Below are positions 52,048-64,000 of a DNA stretch of 64,000 nt, piece after piece. The stretch is from Lepidodermella squamata. Lineage: Eukaryota; Animalia; Gastrotricha. The stretch covers positions 1,736,001 to 1,800,000 of the forward strand of contig JBLDXI010000032.1 of the NCBI GenBank assembly GCA_047495785.1, read 5' to 3'. Numbering within the stretch: the stretch's first letter is position 1; every line of letters begins with the position of its first letter. The position numbers were made by a program, and so were the translations under genes. The notes beneath the pieces are model-generated. The model was not told where the DNA came from, did not search any database, and worked only from the letters and a program-made list of their open reading frames with translations.

Positions 52048-53223
52048 TTATTTCAAAATGATCGTCGCCGAAGATCGGTAAATGGTACCGGAGTTCGAAC
52101 TCATCGCCTCGTGAATGACCGTTTCATTGGTTTGGTTATGATCAGTTACTGCCGCGTCTGCGTCGCTATAGCAACCATCGTCGTGCGATCCATTAGCGCC
52201 ATTTTTCACCGATGATGACTCATCACCAGCCGTTGAAAGCGAAGAGGACGCTGCTTCTGAATGGTTGTCATCCGCTATCACCGCCGATTCAGAAAAGCCA
52301 GTGATCAATTGCCCTGTCGGTTCAGCCGGTTCAGCTTCTTGAAAATGCTGCTGTTGTTGAGGAGGTTCGCCAACTTCTGTTCCTTGAAATATGTTTATGC
52401 TGGCCATCCTAACCGGTTGACAATTCTTGTTGCCACCATTCGGACTGTGGCTGTAAATAACATTGCTATTCGAGTTATCGACCTCGACATCCAAGCCCAA
52501 CGCGGCTGATTTTTGCAGGAATTTCTTCTTCAAACTCCGCATCAGCTTCTCGCCAAGCTCTTCGTCCGCAGTTTTCGGCGGTTTGTTCGACGACTGCTTC
52601 GAGCTGAAGCTATTCGAACTTGCGACACTCCCAGCTAGCGTTAAATTCGAATCAGACCTTTCGAATGAAGACGATTTATCAGCCTCCTTAATAGGCGGGG
52701 ATATTTTCGGAGTCGGCACTACGTCACGCTTTTGAAGCTGAAGGGACATTTGCTTGACTTTCCTCTCGACGTTGCTGAGATGCTCGGGCGGTTTCGGCGA
52801 TTCAACTGCGGTTTTAAGGAGGCTGCACGACGTTCGAGCCGTAAAGCACGGCCGCGATCCATTCGTTTGCAAATTCACGCTTTGAATAGGCATCTCTGCA
52901 ATCGTCGTCTGGCTGCCGTTATTCGTGTCTTTCGTCAACACTTTGGACAAACTTGCCGAGACTAAGTTGCCGCACGACCCCCACTGCCATTTCGCGGCTG
53001 GTGGTTTGAATTTGTTGGGCGTCCATACGCGCAGGGAGACACGCGCTTGTCCAACGTTCAGCGCCTGTTTCGCGCTTTTCACGCACCCAGTCGCCACCAC
53101 CTGTTGCTCCTGTTTCTTCGACACATTCTCGAATTTCGCTATCATTTGCCGAACGCTGGCGATTGAAACTTCGCTGCTGTTGTAACTTTCGCTATCGTCG
53201 TTATCACTGTTTTGATACGACAT
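52048..53223 (-). CDS. Uncharacterised Ser-rich, probably disordered protein
   Basis: 391-aa ATG-initiated ORF in an AAAAATG context, flanked by AT-rich DNA; no recognisable domain. Confidence 0.6.
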   Translation of the reverse strand: MSYQNSDNDDSESYNSSEVSIASVRQMIAKFENVSKKQEQQVVATGCVKSAKQALNVGQARVSLRVWTPNKFKPPAAKWQWGSCGNLVSASLSKVLTKDTNNGSQTTIAEMPIQSVNLQTNGSRPCFTARTSCSLLKTAVESPKPPEHLSNVERKVKQMSLQLQKRDVVPTPKISPPIKEADKSSSFERSDSNLTLAGSVASSNSFSSKQSSNKPPKTADEELGEKLMRSLKKKFLQKSAALGLDVEVDNSNSNVIYSHSPNGGNKNCQPVRMASINIFQGTEVGEPPQQQQHFQEAEPAEPTGQLITGFSESAVIADDNHSEAASSSLSTAGDESSSVKNGANGSHDDGCYSDADAAVTDHNQTNETVIHEAMSSNSGTIYRSSATIILK

Positions 53224-53774
53224 TTTTCTCTATATATTGTAAAAATTGTGTTTATATTGTTAAGGTGGATGCAAGAAAATGTTGTGATGGGCGCAGCGGA
53301 TTACAAGCACTGGTAATAATTGAGGGGTTTAAGGCGGAGTATTGCCACACAGGTGAACACGCGAACCATCGGCCTTATCAACAACTGATGGCGTCTATGT
53401 GCGATCAAAATAATCGAGGACAATATCGCGCTCGTTTAACGAAGCGAAACGACGCCAAGACTTTCGCCCAACGCCGCTATAGCTGTAATGACAACAGCAA
53501 ATACAACAGCAGCTCCCTGATTTTCGCTTTGTTTGCGGCCGATGCGCTCGACTTGCAATGTTTAGCGCGCGCAACCATCAGTCTACGCACACTTTGTCCA
53601 GCGCAACACTCAATTAGCAAGGTGCTCTCGCTAGGGACATAGCATCAATAAAACAAACAAAAAACCAGCCGTAATTTCGGATTTATTGCATTTTTTTTCT
53701 AGAAAAACTTTGCACTAAGTGTTTTTAGTTTTGTAGCAACAACAACAACAATCAACGACTATCACAGGTCATAT

Positions 53775-55419
53775 TTATTTTTGCGGTTCAGCAGATGAGG
53801 AAGCTTTACTCAGGTCGCTTTGGTCCGTCGACGCAGATGGCGCCGATTCCGCGTTGTTTATCGCCTCGACGTGGTGCCGCTTCGGAATCGTGTCCAAAAA
53901 CGCGCGCTGCCAGTCCTTGTACTCGGCGTACTTGGCCAGAATTTCAAAAACTAGGAATAATTAAGAAAACAAGTCCAATAAAAAATATTCCACGAAGGAA
54001 GGTTTATGGCTTAAAAATTCAGACATAAATTCTTAAATTTCAAATTTTCGATATCAAATTACGAAAGATAGATAAATTTGCAAATTTAGCCATTTCACTA
54101 TTAAGGTGGAATTTTTGGAAAAAAATTAGCAAAATTAGCAACTGTAATCGGTAAATTCGACAAATCGGTTCAAAATTATTTGGTCAGAAAAGTAAGCATG
54201 GAAACACTTTGAAAAGGGTCCTCATTTTACCGGACCAAATTCACGGTGAGCGGAACCAATTTTTGGAATTTTCTAGTGGCCTGAAATTACTTTTCGGATT
54301 TTTCAAGATTGACTACACAAAAGAATTCAGCATAACATTCTCTATAAGACTGAGTGTTCGATTCAGAACTCATGATTCGCCTAAAATTCGTAAAATTATT
54401 CAAAAAATGGCCTATTCGATTTTGGTTCCGCTCAACGCAAATTTAGTTCCGCTCTGTAAATCATCCAAGCTTTAAATCTTGAACAAACTTTTTTTATTTT
54501 TGAAAAAAAATTCCCAACAAATAATTGCTCAGCCGATGAATTATATTTTTGTAGCCAATAGGTATATAATCTGAAATTCGGCGATTTTGAGCTTTGAATT
54601 GACTCACCATGGCAAACAGTTAAAACTTTGCGATAGAGCATTTTGACGTATTGACCAATCGGAAGTTGAGCATGAGCGATTCCCATTTCATTCGCCAGTT
54701 TGAACGTGAGACCCTTGTGCTTATTATGATCAACTATACCGCCAATGACGTAGACTTTCGATTCGTCGAGCGTATCGAGGATATTCGGCGAATCACTGGT
54801 CAAGTAAACGACTTCTTCCTTCTTAAAACCAGCTAAAATTGCGGTTGATGGTGATTTTCGCTCGCCTTCTACGGGCATATCCTCCATTAGCATGTTAACG
54901 TCCCAGTGCCCGGTACAATTCAAAACATTCATTCGCTGCCTGGTTTGCTCGCTGTCCTTACCATTCGCTGCTACAATATAATACTGAGAAAATTTAAAAT
55001 TAAATTGAATCAATTAATTAATTAAATTCAAGTCTCACCTGAATTGGATTTGGTAACCGCCGGTTAATGGAATAGCACCTAGCCAACTGGCCACCGAGGT
55101 CTTTAATGTCCTTATCTGCCATGAGCGAGTCAAAAGAGCAGTCTATCGCCACCCGAAGTTGGCAACTGGACGTCGCCATTGAGTTCCGCTTCAAAACTTT
55201 CCGCGATATAACCGCGTCGGGCCCTTCAGTTTCGCGAATTTTCCGCTTTTGTTCCTTTTTCTTCTCACGTTCTTTTTGGCGACGTTCGTGTTTAAACTGG
55301 TTTTTACGCTCGATTTTCGCCAACTTTTTCGCTTTCCTCTTCGAAATAGCCACCTGGCTTGCTTCAGATGTAGCCAGCTCTTCCACCTTAATCGGCTCAA
55401 TCACTTCACTCGACGCCAT
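53775..55419 (-). CDS. TRMT10A: tRNA m1G9 methyltransferase TRMT10A-like (3 exons)
   Basis: [49 protein letters not shown]|VFEIL...[13 protein letters not shown] (last exon ~53950-53775). Confidence 0.92.
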
Positions 55420-55760
55420 TTTTTCTGGTAATTAAACTCTAGGAAACAAGTTAAACAACCTTATTTTTTATTACAGCGAAGAAAATAAAATTTCATTCAG
55501 TCATGATTATAAAGATTCGAATATTTTTCATATCAAGATGCGTGATGGAAGAGAGTAGAGTATTCGCGAAAATAATTGCGGTTCGAAAACCGAGATTGTG
55601 AAACAAAAAAATCTATCAACAACCGGCGTCTCACAACCCACGCCAAAACAGGAATAATATTATCATTAAATACAAAAAGGAAGCGATAAAACAAAAGATT
55701 GCAGCGATCCGGATCTCAATATATAATAATTAGGTCCCAAAACATGAATTTTTTGTAATC

Positions 55761-58321
55761 TCACCGGGCGACGGTGCGACGTCGGACTTTTTGCAGTTCT
55801 TCGAATAGAAAATGCGAATCTTCCCTCGCTAGAACTAATTGCTTGGTAACAAAATCAAGTCGCCGCTTGACCGCGACAATTCGAGCCACCGCGAAAATTG
55901 CGACAACAGCAACAGCCAACGCTATGAGATAGGCGAAAGGCGGCTGGTCTAGAAGGCGAACCAGCCAGCCGATGACAGGCACTTTCACGAGTGGAAGAAT
56001 CAACGCCTCGCGGATAGCTCGAATTCCCGGGCGCAACTCGGTTGAATTCAAAGGCGGCCTTAACACGCCGACATTCGGCGTCACAGGTACCGAGTAGAAA
56101 ATGTACATGTAAAATAGTCCGGAAAATATGTAGGGGAAAAGGCGGAGGAATCGAATTGCAACTGTGGCTTGGAAAACGTGTTCATCATCACTACTGCCAC
56201 GGATTCCAGGCCGCCGATTGTTCCATGAGAAAGCAACAGGTGCATCAGAAAAACGAGGATTGACCAAGCTTGTAACCTGAAAATAAAATTAAGATAATTA
56301 AATTTGAAAATTTTGATTTTGGAAGATATCCTGTCCTATTTGATTTTTTCAATAAATTTTGCAAATTTCAGCAAATTTCGAAAAATCATTAAAAAACTCC
56401 CGAATTCAATTTTTTTAATTCTGAAGTCATTAGATAGTCCGTCTTCCCAGCCGCAAAAATCAAAATATTCCCAATTAAAACGGCAACAATCTGGCTCTCT
56501 AAAAAACGCAAATTCCCGGCCGTTAAAAGGTTGCAATTTTACTTGATCATAATTTCTCTCGGAAAACCTAACCAATTGAGGATTTATGCTTACTGAATAA
56601 AATGTGATTAGAAGCAGCAGAGCAGTCAGGCCAGAAGAGAGCGGGAAGAAGTAGGCGCCAACAAGTGACAACAGGTCCAGAGTGACAGCGTAAGACGCGA
56701 ATCGACTGGCTGGAAAAGTGACAAGAGTTTGCTTTCGATCGGACAGTAGTTTCTTCTGGCGGCCTTTCCGCCATTGAGCAAACGCAAAAATCAGCACGCT
56801 TTCGAAGAAAAAGAACCCAGCAGTGTATAACGATAGCAATACACATTGCCTGCCGACAAGCAACTCCCAACCCTGCGCAAAGATTAACGTAATTACTAAA
56901 ATTTTGAAAAATTTCCTAATTTTACCGTATCGTCTTTTATGCTAGGGCAGAAAGGTGGAGGCTCTTTTGACGAAAACGCGTAAATCGCGCTGGTTTCCGG
57001 GTCCGGTCCGAAGTCCAAACTAGGAACCAAGGGGCGAGGTTTGAAAGTTGTCGTGGTCGTGGTGATTTGAAGAAGAAGATTTTGCTTGGTCGGAAAACAA
57101 AACGTCCATCGATACGCTACGACGATCAGAGCAGAAATTCGAAAAAGTACAGCTCGGAAGAACAAATGCCAAGGCTGGTACAGGGCTAGTCGCTTTTCCT
57201 TGTCCCCAGTCAAAATACCAACAGCGGTTAGATCGGCTGATAACAGGAAGAAAGTAGGTAAAGCAGTCGCTAGAAGTGGACCGATCGTTTCTACGACTAC
57301 GCCACTAACACTAGAATACTCGGCCAAGTCGTAGAAATAATACACTGCAACTAATGTTGCGGCGAATAGCAGACCGAAAACCAGCTCAAATAATACTATA
57401 GCGAGAACTTTCCGCGTAAGCCACGGGAATAGCCGCTTCTTCGTGTTAACAAGAGAGTCCGTTCGACGAACAGCCAGCCTAAGATGTTCCCGTAATCGAT
57501 GGGTGACGAGTGAGCTTGTAATGTTGTACAAATTATCATTAGAAATCTCGTGATTCCAGGCGTTGAAAACCCAGGCGAACAATGGAAGAGACTCAATTCG
57601 ATTTCCAATCGGCTGAAGGCCAAAAACGCTGAAAAAATGACATCGTAATTTTCAGTTTAAGGAGGAATTTTTCAACTCACACTCCACTTGCAGTGACGAG
57701 TCCAACCATGAATAAAGCAGCAAGGGAAAGCAAATAGGCGAGTTGCATATTGTAATAATCGACCAAATGCCGAATCGTAATTAACGGCTGGTACGGCGTT
57801 AGAAAGAACCAAGAGTTTGCGAAGCACGTGCGAAATGAGGTGCATGAAAAGTTGTTCGCTGATCGATTGTAAACGTAAATACCCGAAGTAGCGTTGAGAG
57901 GCGTGACAGGGTTGTAAGGCATGGAAGCTTGCGGGATAATAACAAAGAATACGATAGGCAAGAAAAGCAGGGCGTTGATAAGGAAGAACCATCGATGCAA
58001 CTCGACGCAGCTCGCTACGATAATTCCATGACGAAATTCGATCGCTTCAACAAGTTGCTGCCAGGGTAGAATTTTTCCAAATATTTGAGCAGTTTTCTGT
58101 TCCCGTTTCTCTTTCTTAGTTTCAACTTCACTCATCAATCGGTAAGAAAATCGACCCCGCCTGAATTGTTTATATCGAATGGCGGTTTTCCGCATTTCTC
58201 GAGCTTTGAATGCATTGCTTTCATTTCCCTCTGCTGAATTGTTCGAAGACAATGAAGGATACGGGTAGTTCAATGAAAAATCTGCGAATCTCACGGACTC
58301 TTGATGTTGTGTCATTTCCAA
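55761..58321 (-). CDS. Divergent transmembrane channel-like (TMC) protein, multi-exon
   Basis: ILPWQ..IEFRHG..VAS...RWFFLIN, YNMQLAY, VFNAWNHEI, VGRQC, FFPL, and a C-terminal P..GVLR segment, in TMC order across four ORFs. Confidence 0.7.
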
Positions 58322-58820
58322 GGTAACATAACCCTAAGAAAACAAAACGAACAACATGTCATTGTCAGTAATTTTAGTGTAAAAAAAACAGTCATAAAAC
58401 TAATATTTAGCACTGTGATGATAATTGTATTTTTCAGTGGTGTCGGCAATTGCATACATTTACTTAAACACAACCGCTGTTTCTAAAGCTCAGAACAAAC
58501 GTTTCGAGAGTTTGAAACGGACGTGGAAGAAAATAAATAGTTACCAGGATTATTGAAATATAACTGGTTGATTGAATTCCAATATATTATAGAAAATTCA
58601 GCAGATAAGCATTCGGGTTGCTATTTGACACAAAGAAAAAATGTAGCAAGATTGGGGGCAGCCGTGATATAAATCAATGCAAGACATGCGTTGTTGCTTC
58701 TCTGTCGTAGATGTGAGCAAAGCGTTGTTTGGCCTGACTCCGTAAAAAATAGGAGCCAGGTGTATTATACAAAATTCGAATAAATGTTCCAACAAAATAT
58801 ATATCTCTGTAATAATGTGA

Positions 58821-60161
58821 TTATTTCAAAATATTTCGACTAAGCCTGGTGACAGGTGGCCGAGCGATTAGCACGCACGTGATGTTGTCATCAGATTTTT
58901 CCGATGCCATGGTGGCTAAGCGATGGGCGATATTATTCAACCAATCAGGGTCATTTCGGTGAATTTCTAATCGAAGACTTTCGCTCATAATCATGCACAC
59001 TTCAGATGAAGTGAGACCGTCCCAGAGACCATCAGAAGATAGCATAAGAATTTCAAAAACGTTATTTTGAGCTTGCTGGGCTGGCAAGCTAAATGAGACA
59101 ATTTGAGGTTCAGCACTGACTAAGCCTGATAGTTTATACTCCAAATCTCCGATCGAACGAGAGACGCCGAGTTGCCCATTAATTCTGGCAACTGAGTCAC
59201 CGTTTGCTGTAACGAAGCCGCCAGCCGCTTCGATTCGTTTGCGCTCCACTTCATTGTCTGGGTGGTGAGATGGAACTGTCAAGTTAACAACTTCTGACTT
59301 GAAGCCAACTTCCTGGCGACGAAACTTGAAGAGATCAGCTCTAGAATCACCGAGCCAGCCTACGCATCCTTCGCCACTATCAAGGTGAAACAGAGCGGCG
59401 ACAATGGTGCTACCTACTCTGAGTTGGCCAAGTCTCGAGGCGCGTTCGCAAAACATACGATCGGTCTCTGACAGGGATTTTTCTAAAACTTGGCACAGGT
59501 CTGAAGCCTGAGTGTCATATAAATTCCGATTAATAATATCGGGTAAGAGGCGAGCAGTGTATGCACTAGCATGCTGCCCACCATGGCCATCCATAACTGC
59601 AGCAAGGGCGGTCCTTGGGTAGCTTTTTGGTATAATGTCTTTGCTGATAGATGGCCATAACGACAAGTTAGGTAGCAGCACAAAGCTGTCTTCCATAGCC
59701 CGCCGACGATTTTTCATAGAAATCAGGCCAACGTCCAAAGTAGAGGTGAACTGCTGCGAATTATCAAGATAAGCACTCATATCAGTAGAAACCAACTCGG
59801 AGCAGGCAGATACGACGTTCATGAACAGCTCACTGCTTCCTCCTTCAACAGAGGCATCAGCATGAGATAAGAAAGCCTTGGCATCTTGGCCATGTAAGCT
59901 AAGGTGATTGAGTACAGCTTGCGCAAAAAGAAGGTGAGACTTCAGAGTAGGTAGACGTTTGGATAAGTAATCATTGTTGCGAATAATGCTTCGCACGGCA
60001 TCGATTACTTCCGCTTGAGCCTCGTTCGCAGAAAAACCCTCGCTCCACCATCGAGGCATGATTACATCGTCCGCAGAAAACTTAGATTCATCAACCGCTA
60101 CGTTGGTATCAATCAGCTCCATATGCAAAATGCGAGAGCATAAATTACCTACAGATGACAA
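58821..60161 (-). CDS. PP2C/PPM Ser/Thr phosphatase (PPM1E/F-like); 5' exon(s) unresolved
   Basis: KNRRRAMED, DGHGG, GST, WLGDSRA, VSRSIGD, SDGLWD, DDNIT. Confidence 0.9.
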   Translation of the reverse strand: MSSVGNLCSRILHMELIDTNVAVDESKFSADDVIMPRWWSEGFSANEAQAEVIDAVRSIIRNNDYLSKRLPTLKSHLLFAQAVLNHLSLHGQDAKAFLSHADASVEGGSSELFMNVVSACSELVSTDMSAYLDNSQQFTSTLDVGLISMKNRRRAMEDSFVLLPNLSLWPSISKDIIPKSYPRTALAAVMDGHGGQHASAYTARLLPDIINRNLYDTQASDLCQVLEKSLSETDRMFCERASRLGQLRVGSTIVAALFHLDSGEGCVGWLGDSRADLFKFRRQEVGFKSEVVNLTVPSHHPDNEVERKRIEAAGGFVTANGDSVARINGQLGVSRSIGDLEYKLSGLVSAEPQIVSFSLPAQQAQNNVFEILMLSSDGLWDGLTSSEVCMIMSESLRLEIHRNDPDWLNNIAHRLATMASEKSDDNITCVLIARPPVTRLSRNILK

Positions 60162-61109
60162 ATAAACGGCTTAAAATAAGGATTGGGATTGACGCCAGTA
60201 AGTATCGCCATTGACGCCATCAAGTAATAGTTTCAGCGCTTCTTGTTTCTTGTAAAACACCCAAACTTGAAACTTAGGCAATCATTTGTGGGTAAGTTTT
60301 AATGAAATCTTTAGTAGAACAGTAGATGAGCCGATTGATGATCAATACGCCCTCAGCCACAAGCTCGAAGCAAGCAGAAGTTGGAAAATCTTCCCAAAAC
60401 CTACGAAACACTTACATAAAACTTGGCACTTATCACCTGAGGGTGGAACATAAAAAACTAATCATCCGTTTGAAAATTCAAATTTACTTCAAGCCTAAAA
60501 ATTAACATTATCATGACAAGTGGTATCATATAAATAAACCAAAAATACCAAACTTATAAATACAGTGTTGCCATGGATATAACGCTCGTTCGGCAGTGCT
60601 TTCGCAAGCTTGGAGCAAGACTGGAGTTGCTGAAAAGGATTATTCAGTTAGGTAATCAAAGACAGCAAGCCTCTGCAAGACAGCAAGAAATCAAACATGC
60701 CATCTTACCTCATGTCTATATCAACTTATTGCTCAATGTTCAGAAATTTTCGCTGGTTGCTGATAGCATTGAGTTGCGAGATAAAATTCGCCCGTGCCTA
60801 TCGTTATTCTCGTATGGGTGTTTCATGTAATCGCATTGAATAGCATATAATCAGATAATGAACTGCTGCCACACGAATTATGAAAACAATCCAAGTCGCT
60901 TTGTAATGCCATAACCCTTAATATCTTTATGATCTGATAATTTTACTAATTTTTACATCGCCCTGGTCGATGCGAGTTTTAGATCTTTGGTAGGCGAATT
61001 CCATGAACATGAAGCTGAAAGCGCATCAAATTCCTGTTGCATCGGTTACCTGTGAAAGAAATTGATGTTTTATTCTTTAATCTAGAGTTTGACTTATTTG
61101 AATCGAAAA

Positions 61110-62516
61110 ATGGCGTCAGGAAAAACAAATGCTTTGGAGGAATTCTTCAGACAGGCATTCGAGGACAAGCTGACAGTGTAAGTCGATATTATCTGTAATT
61201 GAACTTTAAAAGCATCATCTTAACAGGAAAATGCCGGAACGCGAAACCGATCATCTAACAGCCGCCTCAAAGGTCCTGGAAAAGAGAAGGGAGATGAACG
61301 AAGTTGAAATAGCTCTGAATGCGCAAAAAGAGGTAGGTTCATAACTATCAAACTTTTTGTTTATTACTATTTAATATTTCCCATAGGAATTCCAAATGAA
61401 AGTCGAGAGTTTGCAGCAGCGAAAGGATGACCTTGAAAGGAAAGAATTGCAGTTGAAAGAGTCGTTAGTCAAGTTCGACAAATTCCTCAAGGTTAATATC
61501 AGTTCTGTATTGTTACAATGTTGCAATTTTTGTTTTATTTGATACTATAGGAAAACGATGTCAAGCGCGCCCGAGCTATCAAAAAAGCTAATGAAGAGAA
61601 GGAACTATCTGTTCAAAAGGAGAAAGACATAAAGAGGTTTGAAAGGATATAAAGAAGTCCGCGTCTTGTATCATTTGCAATTACTGCCGATAGGTTGACT
61701 GATGACATTCAAACGCACCTTGAACTTCGGGAGCGCTTGTACAAACGCATCGATCGAGACCGTGTTTATCAAAATTTTCTTGATTCACTCGTCAATTCGG
61801 GCGACGACTTTGGAGATGTCACCGATGTTATCAAACGCTGGAATACCCTCACATCTGCAAGTGGAGAGCTTGTTTTCTCAGCCTCAACTTGTCAGAAGCA
61901 ACTTGACGAGCTTAAAAGAGACTTTAAACACTATGTTCACGTAATTACCTTGTTGACCTTCATATTTCGATTTCTATCTTTTGCGCCAATTTTAGGAAAA
62001 GAACAATCAAATTGTCGGTTATAACAACACCCTTGCAGGATTGCAGAGTAGACTAGACGCTGCCGTTGCCGATACGATGAACCTTGAGTCGCAATGGAAT
62101 CACATTAAAAACACGGCTGCCAAGAAAACACTGATGCTTGGGAAGATCAAGGTTGCGATCAACAACCTGTACGCTCTCGTTCAGCGCAACATCAATCTAC
62201 CAACAACACTTCCGGGCGTTGATGAAGACGACGACAATGGCGACACTGGCGAAGGTGCTCCTGGCTTTGCTCAAACGCAAGACGAACAGCTTGACAGGGT
62301 TGGTTATTGAATTTATCGTGATTACTCATGCATGTTATTATCTTGATCGCTAATTAGGTGCGCCAATACCTCGTCAATTTGAATGAAATTGTCGGCGAAG
62401 TGAAACGAGTACAATCCCATGCTGTAACGACCGCACCTGTGTCAGAGGAATCGGGTCGCCAAACCAAAACGCCTAACCGCCGAGGTAACAAGAAGAGGGA
62501 CCAGTCCTTCATGTAA
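61110..62516 (+). CDS. CCDC42: CCDC42/CFAP73 family ciliary coiled-coil protein (multi-exon)
   Basis: Spliced exons read KVLEKRREMNEVE.AL.AQKEEF...LKESLVKFDKFLKENDVKRARA and WNHIKNTAAKKTLMLGKIK. Confidence 0.85.
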
Positions 62517-63626
62517 AAACTGAAATGATATTTTCAATATGAAATCATAAATTTTATGCGAGCACGCTGTGTTATTAGTCTCTTGCTCGTAATTTTTGTT
62601 GTATGAATAAAGCGTTTTTTGCATACATAATGAATTTTGACTCAGGCGTAGCAAGTTAAACAAAAATTGTAGCGAGCCAGTTGTATTGCGAAACCAGAAA
62701 AAATAGGCTATAGCTGGTTACTGAGAGCTCATCGTAATACTTCAAATATAACTGATGCGCTAAGCTTCCCGCTGTTTTTTTCTAGAAAGAGAGGCATCTG
62801 CGGGCAATATAAATAATCCATCGCGCGCCTTATTTTTCAGCAACGAATATAACGAGCTCGGATTCCCGTTTGGATGAATAGACCGCAAACGCACGTCGCC
62901 GTTTTAAATATAATTATGCTTATTATCCATCGGCCTTGTGCTCCCTTGTATTTTTTTACCCTGTAATATAAATGAATAGTTGCAATATGCTTGCTTGCTA
63001 AGGTGGATTTCGGATATAAAAGAATTGACCGTTTTTGACGTATCTTCTATTTATTATACTAACATTTCCAAACAATGTAAGTGGTTAGTTTGACAGAAGA
63101 TTTTGCCAATTTCTATCATAATAATTCACCTGGATAATAAGCGACTGCACACAGATTCCATGTGACTACATCAGAATTGTTGGCGGTGATCAAAATGATG
63201 ATGGCAAAGTTTATGTGAACACATCACTTGGATACGTTTGCATATGAATAGATATAAACATAATCGAAACACAGCAATCACGTGTGTATTATAGGGTTTG
63301 AATTACATTAATTCGAAGACTTGCTTAAAGCGTAATTTATAATAATAATAATACAGAACAACCTCACATATCGAAACGGGCACAGGCAAAAAATCAAAGT
63401 CGCGTTTACGTATGATCACACACAGTTAAACCTTGCATGATAATACGCGATGACGTGCTACGATTTATCCAGGAGGACGAAAAAGCGGACTACATGAAGA
63501 GAGGAAATTAAAATTTCGGCCTATTTTAGTCATTCACCTACAACTGATACAACATTTTGCGTGTTTTGATAATTTCTTTTGTGACGCTAGTTAAAATTTC
63601 ACCGTGCGTCGTCGTTTTACGAGGCT

Positions 63627-64000
63627 TTACGCGGACGAGGCGTCGAGGTCGAGGCCGAAGCCCAGCTTGTGGCCACCGTGCGAGAAGTTGCGCACATCGA
63701 CAAGGCCAGACAGGGTAAGCTTGATGCCCGGGCGCAGAGCCTGAACGTAGGCGATGCCTAGGTGGCTGTCGCTGGTCAGCTTCGTCTTGAGATGGGCGTC
63801 CTTGTCCAGCTGGTACTTGGCACCGAAGCTGAAGCGGGTACGGCCAGACGGGTTCAACCAGGCCAGGGTGGCTGCGCCTTCGAGGCGGTCGCTGATCTTG
63901 TGGTAGACCGAGCCTCCGTACTCCTGGCAGTCGTTGACGTAGGTATGGAGGGTGAAGTCCGAAGCGCAGTAGCCGAGGCTGAAGGCGTTGCGGGTCATCT
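63627..64000 (-). CDS. VDAC: Voltage-dependent anion channel (porin), 3' part (window edge)
   Basis: LHTYVND..EYGGSVYHK, FGAKYQLD, GIAYVQALRPGIKLTLS..D...GGHKLGFGL. Confidence 0.95.
   Translation of the reverse strand, partial: MTRNAFSLGYCASDFTLHTYVNDCQEYGGSVYHKISDRLEGAATLAWLNPSGRTRFSFGAKYQLDKDAHLKTKLTSDSHLGIAYVQALRPGIKLTLSGLVDVRNFSHGGHKLGFGLDLDASSA

Overview
Eukaryotic DNA from an invertebrate animal with a compact genome: mostly 40-60 nt GT-AG introns, abundant CpG, and a motile-cilia gene; the species cannot be determined. Contents, left to right: (1) a tandem cluster of M13 neprilysin-like genes, two of which lack HExxH. (2) A complete 10.1-kb Mutator/FB-NOF-like DNA transposon (7173-17270; 771-bp TIRs, 9-bp TSD). 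It encodes one spliced protein with a DDE domain whose first Asp is Asn, an intact USP-like protease domain and a second, degenerate USP-like domain. (3) A divergent otopetrin-like gene with a Harbinger-type MITE in intron 1. (4) A mucin/C-type-lectin gene. (5) A tightly packed minus-strand trio of mitochondrial genes, COA3-SDHAF2-Miro, with overlapping ORFs and an operon-like spacer. (6) An operon-like AFG2A-EIF2B4 pair, then HYI. (7) Two tandem CYP2-clan P450s, separated by a ~1.6-kb element bounded by two long strand-specific hairpins built on recurrent tandem GA/GA mismatches. (8) An orphan ORF, TRMT10A, a TMC-like gene, a PP2C, CCDC42/CFAP73 and the 3' part of VDAC. Gene models and motif calls were made by eye; no database searches or folding programs were run.
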